Of a DNA stretch of 64,000 nucleotides, positions 35,543-44,040 are shown piece after piece. The translations under genes and the position numbers were made by a program. How positions within the stretch are numbered: the first letter of the stretch is position 1; each line of letters starts with the position of its first letter. The DNA comes from Rhodospirillaceae bacterium (lineage in GTDB: Bacteria > Pseudomonadota > Alphaproteobacteria > MPNO01 > UBA2964), in NCBI GenBank assembly GCA_002720855.1, contig PBIN01000009.1, forward strand, positions 153,222-217,221, written 5' to 3'. The notes under the pieces are model-generated. The model made no database searches. It was not told the DNA's origin and worked only from the letters and a program-made list of their open reading frames with translations.

Positions 35543-37327
35543 TTAAAAGGCTTCCGGTTGCATATGGGAAACTGTTGCCGCGCCGCTTGTCGCTGCGAGC
35601 GCCAACCCCGCCGATCTGGGCAATATACTTTCGGCATAAAACAAGGCAGTAGCGAGCTTTGATCGATAAAATGCCGCGTTTTCGTCGCCCGCCGAAATAC
35701 GGTTCTCCGCAATGAGGGCGGAACGCGCCATATAATACCCACCGAGTACGGTGCCGGCGAGGTCCAGATATGGAACAGCCGCTGCGTCCGCTGTTTCGGG
35801 GTCATCTTCAAGCGCGCCGAGCAACGTATGTGTCGTTCTGGCAAGGGCAGAACCCGCCTCAGCGAAGCGGCCGCGAATGGCCACAATCGCACCGTCTTCA
35901 GTTGCTGAAAGCGCCGCATCGAACTGACGCATTTCTTCAATCAGCGACTTCATTGCGAGACCCTTATCGCCACCCAGTTTTCGACGGACGAGATCAAGCG
36001 CCTGAATGCCGTTGGTCCCTTCATAAATCGGTGTAACACGTGCATCCCGGAGAAGCTGCGCCGCACCGGTCTCTTCTATATATCCTGCGCCACCGTGAAT
36101 TTGGATGTTGGTCGTAGTGACATCAACCGCGCCGTCGGTGCACCACGCTTTGACAATGGGCGTTAACAACGCAACACGGTCATCATGCAGCACACGGACG
36201 GCTTGATCTGGATGATGCGCCGATAAGTCCGCCGAAAGTGCGGCATCATAACAAAGTGCCCGCATGGCTTCGGATCTTGCCTTCATTGAAAGCAGCATGC
36301 GGCGGACGTCGGGGTAAGCGATTATCGGTATTCCATCTCCATCGCAGTTTTTTCCCTGGAGACGTTCCTTTGCGTATGAGTTTGCTTGCTGATAGGCACG
36401 CTCAGCGATGCCAAGCCCTTCATGACCAACAGCAAGCCGCGCTGTATTCATCATTGTGAACATAGCCGCCAGCCCGCGATTTGGTTCGCCGACCAACCAA
36501 CCGATGGCACCGTCTTTTTCGCCGAACTCCATTACGCAGGTTGGGCTGGCGTGAATACCGAGTTTTTTCTCCAAAGCGATGCAACGCACGTCGTTTCGGG
36601 TGCCTGGCTCACCAGATTCATCGGGGATGAATTTGGGGACAACAAACAGCGAGATTCCATGCGAGCCCTCTGGTGCGTCGGGCAGGCGCGCCAGAACGAG
36701 GTATATAATGTTGCTGGTAAGATCGTGATCACCCCAACTGATGAAGATCTTTTGACCCTTAAGACGGTAGGCATCATCCTTGGGCTCGGCCCTGCAGGAA
36801 AGCGCACCGACATCGGAACCAGCCTGCGGCTCCGTCATTGCCATCGCACCAGTCCATTCACCGCTTACAAGTTTGGGAAGAAACTGTTTCCTTTGGAATT
36901 CCGTACCATGCAGCTGAAGAAGCTGTATCGCGCTATCAGTTAAGGTATTGCACAGGCTGAATGATATATTCGCGGCATTCCAAACATCATAGAGTGCTGT
37001 GTTGATTAGCCTGGGAAGGCCTTGTCCGCCATAGGTCGTCTCAGCTGCACTGGCACACCAGCCAGCCGAGCAAAATTCCCCGTAGGCCTCGCGAAATCCC
37101 GTTGCCGTACGCACCTCACCATTCGCAAGCGTTGCGCCTTCGAGGTCGCCGACGCGATTAAGGGGCGCGAGTGTCTCTGAGGCAAAACGCCCGGCCTGAT
37201 CCAGTATCGAGGTGACATCTTCTAAGGTCGTGTGGGTAAGGCCAGCCAGTTCAGCGACGGCCTCAAGTCCGATAAGTTCACTGAGAACAAATAAAATTTC
37301 ATCTTGCGGCAGCCGGTATTCCGACAT
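35543..37327 (-). CDS. Large acyl-CoA dehydrogenase (~594 aa).
   Basis: ACAD N-terminal, middle and C-terminal domains plus a C-terminal extension. Confidence 0.8.
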   Translation of the reverse strand: MSEYRLPQDEILFVLSELIGLEAVAELAGLTHTTLEDVTSILDQAGRFASETLAPLNRVGDLEGATLANGEVRTATGFREAYGEFCSAGWCASAAETTYGGQGLPRLINTALYDVWNAANISFSLCNTLTDSAIQLLQLHGTEFQRKQFLPKLVSGEWTGAMAMTEPQAGSDVGALSCRAEPKDDAYRLKGQKIFISWGDHDLTSNIIYLVLARLPDAPEGSHGISLFVVPKFIPDESGEPGTRNDVRCIALEKKLGIHASPTCVMEFGEKDGAIGWLVGEPNRGLAAMFTMMNTARLAVGHEGLGIAERAYQQANSYAKERLQGKNCDGDGIPIIAYPDVRRMLLSMKARSEAMRALCYDAALSADLSAHHPDQAVRVLHDDRVALLTPIVKAWCTDGAVDVTTTNIQIHGGAGYIEETGAAQLLRDARVTPIYEGTNGIQALDLVRRKLGGDKGLAMKSLIEEMRQFDAALSATEDGAIVAIRGRFAEAGSALARTTHTLLGALEDDPETADAAAVPYLDLAGTVLGGYYMARSALIAENRISAGDENAAFYRSKLATALFYAESILPRSAGLALAATSGAATVSHMQPEAF

Positions 37328-37334
37328 TAACGAC

Positions 37335-38765
37335 CTACAGGACTTTGCCCGGATTCATGATCTGCTTGGGATCAATTGCAGCCTTAATACTACGCATAAC
37401 ATCGAGCGCTATCGGTGATTTGTAATGGATCAACTCTTCGCGCTTCAGACGGCCGATCCCATGTTCCGCGCTAATGCTGCCACGCAAATCAGTTGCGATG
37501 TCATGGACAATCCGGTTGAGCTCATCCTTGTGTTTTAGAAATTCCTCGCCTGAAATATTGTCAGGCTGATTGAGATTGTAGTGGGCATTGCCGTCCCCGA
37601 TGTGGCCGAACGCACAAATCTGCACACCCTTAACAGCTTTCGCGACTTCCACGTTCGCCCGTTCTAGGAACGCCGGCATACTGGATACCGGGACGGAAAT
37701 GTCATGTTTGACGCCTGCACCCTCAATCGCTTGTGCTTCAGGAATTGTTTCGCGCAGTTTCCATAAATCCGCTGCCTGCTGACGACTGTCTGCAAGGGTG
37801 GCATCAAATACCTCGCCTCGTTCCATCGCATCGCCAAGGATTTCCTCGAGTGTTTCGCGGAGGCCGGCATCTTCATGACCGGAGGTCAGCTCAATGAGCA
37901 AATACTCTTCATAGGGTTGTGAAAGGGGGTCGCGGGCGCCCGGAATATTCTTAAACACCAGGTCCAGGCCTTTGCGTGCCATCCACTCGAAAGCCGTGAC
38001 ACGATCATCGCTGGCGGCGCGTGCCCTTGCCAAAATCTCGATCGCGGCATTTACGTCGCGCACGGCCGCAAATCCAGTTTGGACATCGCGCGGTTTGGGA
38101 AACAGCTTGAGAACAGCCGCCGTGATAATGCCGAGCGTGCCCTCCGAGCCGATAAATAGCTGTTTCAGGTCATAGCCCGTATTGTCTTTGCGCAGGGCAG
38201 AGAGCCCATCCCAAATCTGGCCGTCAGGCAATACAACTTCGATACCGACAACGAGTTCACGGGCATTGCCGTAGCGCAGCACACCGGTACCTCCGGCGTT
38301 GGTCGCAAGATTGCCGCCAATTCGTGCTGTCCCTTCGGCGCCAAGACTTAGCGGGAACAGCCGGTCATGATCGTCGGCCGCTTTTTGAATCTCTGTCAGA
38401 ATAACGCCGGCTTCAGCCGTTAAAGTGTAGTTTAGAGGGTCGATGTCGCGAACTTTATTCATTCTTGTAAGGCTAAGCAGCAGCTGATCACCGGCTTCAC
38501 TGGGGGTGGCGCCACCGCATAAGCCCGTATTGCCACCTTGCGGCACAATCGGCGTTTCGCTTTCTGCGCAGAGTGAAACGACTTTTGCGACCTCTTCCGT
38601 AGAGGCTGGACGGACGACCATTGGCGTCGCGCCCTCATAGGCCTTTCGTTGATCGATCACGTAGGGCGCGATATCGGCCTGATCCCGGATCAAACCTTTG
38701 TCGCCTACAATATCTGCGATGCGGTCTAACACCTCCGATGATACGGGGTGAGTGCTCCCGTCCAC
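37335..38765 (-). CDS. FAD-linked oxidase (GlcD / D-2-hydroxyacid dehydrogenase family).
   Basis: FAD-binding PCMH domain (PQGGNTGLCGGA). Confidence 0.75.
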   Translation of the reverse strand: MDGSTHPVSSEVLDRIADIVGDKGLIRDQADIAPYVIDQRKAYEGATPMVVRPASTEEVAKVVSLCAESETPIVPQGGNTGLCGGATPSEAGDQLLLSLTRMNKVRDIDPLNYTLTAEAGVILTEIQKAADDHDRLFPLSLGAEGTARIGGNLATNAGGTGVLRYGNARELVVGIEVVLPDGQIWDGLSALRKDNTGYDLKQLFIGSEGTLGIITAAVLKLFPKPRDVQTGFAAVRDVNAAIEILARARAASDDRVTAFEWMARKGLDLVFKNIPGARDPLSQPYEEYLLIELTSGHEDAGLRETLEEILGDAMERGEVFDATLADSRQQAADLWKLRETIPEAQAIEGAGVKHDISVPVSSMPAFLERANVEVAKAVKGVQICAFGHIGDGNAHYNLNQPDNISGEEFLKHKDELNRIVHDIATDLRGSISAEHGIGRLKREELIHYKSPIALDVMRSIKAAIDPKQIMNPGKVL

Positions 38766-38834
38766 GGCTTATCCTCTTGTTTGAAAATCCTGTGTCCAGC
38801 TTTAGCGGAACATTACGAAGTGGGCAAGCGGGCG

Positions 38835-39800
38835 CTAGCGACTGGCGCGTCGCAACCGGTCATTTATGGCCCGACCCAGACCGGTTTTGGGAATCTCCAT
38901 AACGGCAATTCCCTTGAGGTCTGGTCGGTCCAGTTTGCGCATCATATCGAACAGGTTGGCGGCGGCTTCGTTCAGGTCGCCCGCGCGGCTGAGATTGCAA
39001 ACCGCAGGGGCGGGGCCTAGCGTGCGGCCGCCAAACGCCAATAGCGCTTCTCCCTCTTCAAGCTCCGTAGCGTTCATTCTGAGTGGGATCGAGGTAGCGT
39101 AGTGGCGAGATAACATGCCGGGTGCTTTGGGCGCTGAATTGTCGTCGACCGCCGCCTGAATCGAACCGATCTGGCGTTCAAGCATTTCTATCGTTACACC
39201 ACCAGAACGCAGTAACACCGGCACGTCGTCTGTCAGGTCTATAATTGTCGACTCCAATCCGATCTGACAGGGACCATCATCCAGGATCAGGTCTACGACA
39301 TCGCCCAGTGATTCACGGACATGGTCCGCTGTCGTTGGGCTAACGGAACCGGATTTATTTGCACTCGGTGCGGCAATTGGAACATCCACTCGTGATAGAA
39401 ATTTCCGGGCGTAGCTGTTTTCTGGAACACGTATTGCCAACGTCTCCAATCCAGCGCCCGCAAGGAGCGCTACCGGACAATCATCTTTGCGAGGCAAAAC
39501 GATGGTCAACGGGCCAGGCCAATTTGTTTCGGCGAGTAATTTTGCATGGTCATTAAATTCGACCAGCTGTACCGCCTTCTCCATTGAAGCGACGTGTATA
39601 ATTAGCGGGTTAAATGCCGGGCGCCCTTTGGCGGCAAAAATAGAAGCTACCGCATCCGCATTGGTTGCGTCGGCGCCAAGCCCATAGACTGTTTCTGTAG
39701 GGAAGGCGACCAGTTTCCCAGCCCGAATAGCTTCGACCGCCTTTTCCAATTGCGCGCTTGCCAATGGATCGCCATTGGGGTCTACCACCGTACGCTTCAC
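38835..39800 (-). CDS. L-threonylcarbamoyladenylate synthase (Sua5/YwlC/YrdC family, long form).
   Basis: YrdC domain (VAFPTETVYGLGADA) plus a Sua5 C-terminal domain. Confidence 0.7.
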   Translation of the reverse strand: MKRTVVDPNGDPLASAQLEKAVEAIRAGKLVAFPTETVYGLGADATNADAVASIFAAKGRPAFNPLIIHVASMEKAVQLVEFNDHAKLLAETNWPGPLTIVLPRKDDCPVALLAGAGLETLAIRVPENSYARKFLSRVDVPIAAPSANKSGSVSPTTADHVRESLGDVVDLILDDGPCQIGLESTIIDLTDDVPVLLRSGGVTIEMLERQIGSIQAAVDDNSAPKAPGMLSRHYATSIPLRMNATELEEGEALLAFGGRTLGPAPAVCNLSRAGDLNEAAANLFDMMRKLDRPDLKGIAVMEIPKTGLGRAINDRLRRASR

Positions 39801-40579
39801 TCCCCTCTGCCGCCATAGGCGATAAATTCGGAGTTACGAAACCTTGGTTTCCCATATTGCATTTCACTGCCATCAAGTGTGCAAACGCTGCCACCCGCTG
39901 CCGTCAAAATCGCGTGACCTGCAGCAATATCCCATTCACTGGTGGGGCCATAGCGCGGATAAATATCTGCTTCGCCGCACGCGACTATACAGAACTTTAT
40001 GGAACTGCCCGAAACAACGACATCAGCAATATCATAGTCAGTTAGAAGCTTCTGCATTTGTGTTTTATCGCCATGCGAACGGCTGGCGGTTGCAATAACC
40101 CCTGTGGTTGGAATAGGACGCACGGTAATCGATTGTGGCGCGTTATCACCGATACGCTTCTTCGCTGTCCCCGGACCGTCAGCCGCATAGGATACGCCCT
40201 GAGCGGGAGCGAGCAAGACACCCATTGTTGGGCATGAGTTCTCAATAAGAGCGATATTGACAGTGAATTCATCGCGATGGGCGATAAACTCCTTTGTTCC
40301 ATCGAGTGGATCAACCAGCCAAAATGGTTTTGAACCAACGTCAACTATTTTACCGGCAGCGGCTTCTTCTTCTGCGACGACCGGAATGTTGGGGGTCAAT
40401 TTTCGCAAGCCAGAAAGGATAATCTTTTCTGCGGCCTCATCAGCTGCTGTAACCGGTGATTCATCGGCTTTTTGGCGAATTTGCATATCGCCACGATAAA
40501 TTTTCATTATTTCCGCACCTGCCAAATCAGCAAGGTCAATAATTTCGGACAAAATTTCGGCACGATCAGACAAGGTCAT
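39797..40579 (-). CDS. cysQ: 3'(2'),5'-bisphosphate nucleotidase (inositol monophosphatase family).
   Basis: WLVDPLDGT motif. Confidence 0.75.
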   Translation of the reverse strand: MTLSDRAEILSEIIDLADLAGAEIMKIYRGDMQIRQKADESPVTAADEAAEKIILSGLRKLTPNIPVVAEEEAAAGKIVDVGSKPFWLVDPLDGTKEFIAHRDEFTVNIALIENSCPTMGVLLAPAQGVSYAADGPGTAKKRIGDNAPQSITVRPIPTTGVIATASRSHGDKTQMQKLLTDYDIADVVVSGSSIKFCIVACGEADIYPRYGPTSEWDIAAGHAILTAAGGSVCTLDGSEMQYGKPRFRNSEFIAYGGRGE

Positions 40580-40694
40580 TTCAGATGTTTAGCTCGCAGG
40601 TCACTATTTTTCTTGTGCGAAAGCCGCCACCGATTTTGATGACGGCTTTTTAACGAAACGCGTTTCAGCCAGGTACTTAATTCGCAAGCGAAAT

Positions 40695-41555
40695 CTACCG
40701 GGGAATATCTTTTCCATGGCTGGTTACCGGCTGGCCCACAGAGGCAGCGTCGGCAAGCTCTGGCCAGGCGGCTGGCGCGCCAGCGGACTTTATGTTGTCT
40801 TCATCAGAAGCGTCCGGATCCCAATTACGGGCAAGGAAGCGCATGGAATTAATTCCATCGGAATCCTCTGAAGCAAGCCAACAAGCTGGCGGACCCATAA
40901 CAACAGGTTGCACAAGATTTTCCCGCGCATATGGAGATTCATTTGGCACCATCGGCGTGTCAGCGGCACCGCCTGGTACCAACACATTGCAGGTTACGCC
41001 CGTGTCTTGGAGGTCGTCTGCCCAGGCATTGCTTGCGGCTTCAAGCGACGCTTTAGATTGGCCATAGGGCATATTCCCTCCACGAATCATCGTGTTCATG
41101 CTGGTTGTAACATTAACGATCCGGCCCCATTTTTGTTCAACGAGGTGAGGAGCTGCGGCACGCCCCATCAGGAAAGCACCGCGGACGTTAACGTCCATAA
41201 GGCGTTGCCATTTATCGGGATCTGCTTCCCAGAAAAAGAGTCGGTTGTCCCAATAATCAACGCGCAATGTCGGCATTCCGAGTCCAGCGCAATTGATAAG
41301 AACATGAAGACCACCAAGATCATTTAATGCCGTGGAAATAGCCGTATCTACCTCATCGACACTCGTGATATCTGTTTTGATAGGCGTAAAGCTGCCACTA
41401 GCCATATCGCCGGTTTCGTTCATGCCGTCTACATTGACATCAACGCCCGCGACCGTGGCACCGGATTCTGCCAACGCTAAAGCCATGGCGCGGCCCAATC
41501 CGCTTCCCGCACCTGTGACCATCACGACTTTTCCACTTAAATCTCTATTTGGCAT
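40695..41555 (-). CDS. SDR-family oxidoreductase.
   Basis: TGAGSGLGRA Rossmann motif. The start is taken at MPNRDL rather than the track's upstream Met. Confidence 0.75.
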   Translation of the reverse strand: MPNRDLSGKVVMVTGAGSGLGRAMALALAESGATVAGVDVNVDGMNETGDMASGSFTPIKTDITSVDEVDTAISTALNDLGGLHVLINCAGLGMPTLRVDYWDNRLFFWEADPDKWQRLMDVNVRGAFLMGRAAAPHLVEQKWGRIVNVTTSMNTMIRGGNMPYGQSKASLEAASNAWADDLQDTGVTCNVLVPGGAADTPMVPNESPYARENLVQPVVMGPPACWLASEDSDGINSMRFLARNWDPDASDEDNIKSAGAPAAWPELADAASVGQPVTSHGKDIPR

Positions 41556-41663
41556 TTTGCTCTCCCAGTTGAGTAGTTGGCGCGAGGATAGTCCCCGTGA
41601 TGCCACGCTACAACCCGCAGACCGAAGCTTCTTACGAATCTTCGATATCGTTACTCTCGCTGT

Positions 41664-42353
41664 ATGTGCGGCAGGTTTTCTATTACGACGGCGCCCGAGG
41701 CAATGCGGGCCATATTCGACTACGAGAATATCCCCAATCTCGAGCCGCGATTTAATGTTGCGCCAACGCAGCCGATTATAACAATCCGACTGGCGGACAG
41801 CGGTGCGCGCACACTTGATATGAAGAGGTGGGGCCTTATTCCTTCCTGGTCGAAGGACGGAACGTCAGCTGCCCGCATGATAAATGCACGCGCAGAAACG
41901 CTAACAGAAAAGCCCAGTTTTAAAGAAGCATTTGAAAAGCGTCGTTGCCTTGTTCCGGCGGATGGATTTTACGAGTGGCGTATGGAAGACGGTAAGAAGC
42001 AACCGTTCAGAATTGGAATGAAAGGCGGAGATGTCTTTGCCTTCGCGGCCCTATGGGAGAGCTGGAAAGCAAGACAGGACGGTTACGGATATGAAGAAGG
42101 TGACATAGTTGAAACCGTCACCATCATAACCACGGATGCCAATGACAAACTGAGGCCAATCCATCACAGGATGCCCGTAATTTTGCCATCTGAGGAATAT
42201 GCTGCCTGGCTCGACCCTGCGAATGACACTTCGAAATGTCAAAAATTGTTGAAACCTTACCCGGTCGAACCAATGGCATTTTATCGGGTCGGGACCCATG
42301 TAAACAATGCGCGGAATGATGACAAACGATGCATCGAACCGTTGCGCGCATGA
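41664..42353 (+). CDS. SOS-response-associated peptidase (SRAP/YedK family).
   Basis: MCGRF N-terminus (catalytic Cys2) and PADGFYEW. Confidence 0.8.
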   Translation: MCGRFSITTAPEAMRAIFDYENIPNLEPRFNVAPTQPIITIRLADSGARTLDMKRWGLIPSWSKDGTSAARMINARAETLTEKPSFKEAFEKRRCLVPADGFYEWRMEDGKKQPFRIGMKGGDVFAFAALWESWKARQDGYGYEEGDIVETVTIITTDANDKLRPIHHRMPVILPSEEYAAWLDPANDTSKCQKLLKPYPVEPMAFYRVGTHVNNARNDDKRCIEPLRA

Positions 42354-42404
42354 AATATTGTGAAAAATCGAAAAACCGTCCCGAAACAGTCCAAAAAACG
42401 CCAG

Positions 42405-42414
42405 TTTTCCACAG
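42405..42414. promoter_or_regulatory. TTTTCCACAG DnaA-box-like motif upstream of gcrA.
   Basis: The same 10-mer appears three times upstream of nrdA. Confidence 0.3.
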
Positions 42415-42520
42415 AAACCTTGGAATTGAGCCAAAAATCAGTTTGCAACGGCAATACGACTATATATAGTAGCCTTGCTGTCATGGGGACACGATATATA
42501 GCAATAGAAGGACGGCAAAA

Positions 42521-42886
42521 ATGCAATGGACACCGGAACGCGTTGAGGTTCTAACCCGCCTGTGGGCCGAAGGCCTATCGGCCAGGCAGATAGCCGCAAA
42601 ACTAGGGGGTGTTACGCGCAACGCCGTAATTGGCAAGGCGCATCGGCTGAATTTACAGCGTGGTGCGCCCGTTCCAGAGCCGCCACCACCACCGGAACCT
42701 GTCATTCAGGAGGAACCGCCGGTTGCTCTTGGCCCGGACGTAAAGTCATGGATGTGCCGTTGGCAGACCGAAGATCCGGGGCGCCACGGTCTCTTTATTT
42801 GTGGAAAGACGGCTCAGCCGGGGCGTCCGTACTGCGCTGAACACATTACGGCGTCATATCTGCAGAGAAAACGCAGCGCCGCCTGA
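42521..42886 (+). CDS. gcrA: GcrA cell-cycle regulator (short form, 121 aa).
   Basis: MQWTPERVEVLTRLWAEGLSARQIAAKLGGVTRNAVIGKAHRL matches the conserved GcrA N-terminal domain. A proline-rich linker follows. Confidence 0.8.
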   Translation: MQWTPERVEVLTRLWAEGLSARQIAAKLGGVTRNAVIGKAHRLNLQRGAPVPEPPPPPEPVIQEEPPVALGPDVKSWMCRWQTEDPGRHGLFICGKTAQPGRPYCAEHITASYLQRKRSAA

Positions 42887-42908
42887 TCGGGAAATGATAA
42901 CACGAGTT

Positions 42909-42939
42909 ACGGCGGTGCAATGCACCGCCGTTTCTATTT
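42909..42939 (+). terminator. Rho-independent terminator after gcrA.
   Basis: Stem ACGGCGGT, loop GCAATGC, stem ACCGCCGT, then TTCTATTT. Confidence 0.6.
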
Positions 42940-42990
42940 GGGCTGAACAGATCTACAAGTAGTAAGCGGCATTGTGTTTTGACTTCCTGA

Positions 42991-43953
42991 ATGAGACCGC
43001 CTTTGTTGCCATCAGAAAATAAGCCTCAGCAATCGGAAACCGTGCCGGATAACGAATCGGTCTGGAAACGCGTCCTCTTAAATCCTTATCTCGCAGTTTC
43101 ATTTGCGATGTTTTGTTGGGCAACGACGACAATCCTGGTGCGATATCTTCGCGATGATGCCCCGCCGATGGGACTTTCGTTCTGGCGGCTTGTTTGTGCA
43201 TTTTTGATTTTACTACCCATTACCTATCCAAAAATTCGCAGCCAGATGGGGATTATCAAGGAACATTGGAAGACGCTTGCTCTGTTGTCGCTGCTGCTTT
43301 GGTTTGGTGGAAATTCGCTACTGTTTTTGTCGCTTCAATTCACCATCGCGATCAATGCGGCGGTGATCAACTCAGTTGAGCCCATTATCATAGTCTTTCT
43401 CGCGTGGCTCCTGTTCAGAGATCAATTTACCGGCAAGCAGGCCGTTGGTGCCGTACTGTCGCTTGGTGGCGTATTAGTATTGATCGCCGCAGGGTCTTTG
43501 GAACGGCTCTTGGCGCTCGATTTTAATCTCGGAGATATTATCGTGTTTTGCGCCTATATCTCGTGGGGACTTTACGCGGTGCTGCTGAGAAAATTGCCGC
43601 GTGACTTGGATCCAATCGTCATCGTCACCATGTTGCTCGGGTTCGGTATTCCGATGCTGTTCATACCCTATCTGATTGAAAGCGCTTTCTTCCAGGCGAC
43701 GCAATTTAACGCGCTTACAATCGGGACGATTATCTATCTTGGAATTTTTTCCGGTGCCATATCGATGGTCGGATGGAACCACGGCATCAAAACACTCGGC
43801 CCAATTCGCGCCGGGCAATTTCTCCACCTCATTCCCGCCTTTACGGTTGTACTGGCAATCTTGCTCCTGGGCGAAACGCTAAAGGGATACCATTTTGCCG
43901 GAATAGCGCTGATTGTCATAGGTATTTTTCTCGCGTCGCACGTTAAAAAGTAG
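42991..43953 (+). CDS. DMT-superfamily (EamA-like) transporter.
   Basis: Ten hydrophobic segments forming two EamA-like halves. Confidence 0.7.
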   Translation: MRPPLLPSENKPQQSETVPDNESVWKRVLLNPYLAVSFAMFCWATTTILVRYLRDDAPPMGLSFWRLVCAFLILLPITYPKIRSQMGIIKEHWKTLALLSLLLWFGGNSLLFLSLQFTIAINAAVINSVEPIIIVFLAWLLFRDQFTGKQAVGAVLSLGGVLVLIAAGSLERLLALDFNLGDIIVFCAYISWGLYAVLLRKLPRDLDPIVIVTMLLGFGIPMLFIPYLIESAFFQATQFNALTIGTIIYLGIFSGAISMVGWNHGIKTLGPIRAGQFLHLIPAFTVVLAILLLGETLKGYHFAGIALIVIGIFLASHVKK

Positions 43954-44040
43954 ACGTTTTCCGGGGGTGACCGGATACAGCCGTTGCGCTACAAACGCCT
44001 TTATATTTAGAAAAGTAATTCTCAGGGAGTTCGGCAAAAT

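Noticed and set aside
40600-40640. Hairpin AAAGCCG...CGGCTTTTT between two minus-strand genes.
   Set aside because: The T-run is on the plus strand, but both flanking genes are on the minus strand. Function is unclear, so it is not called a terminator.
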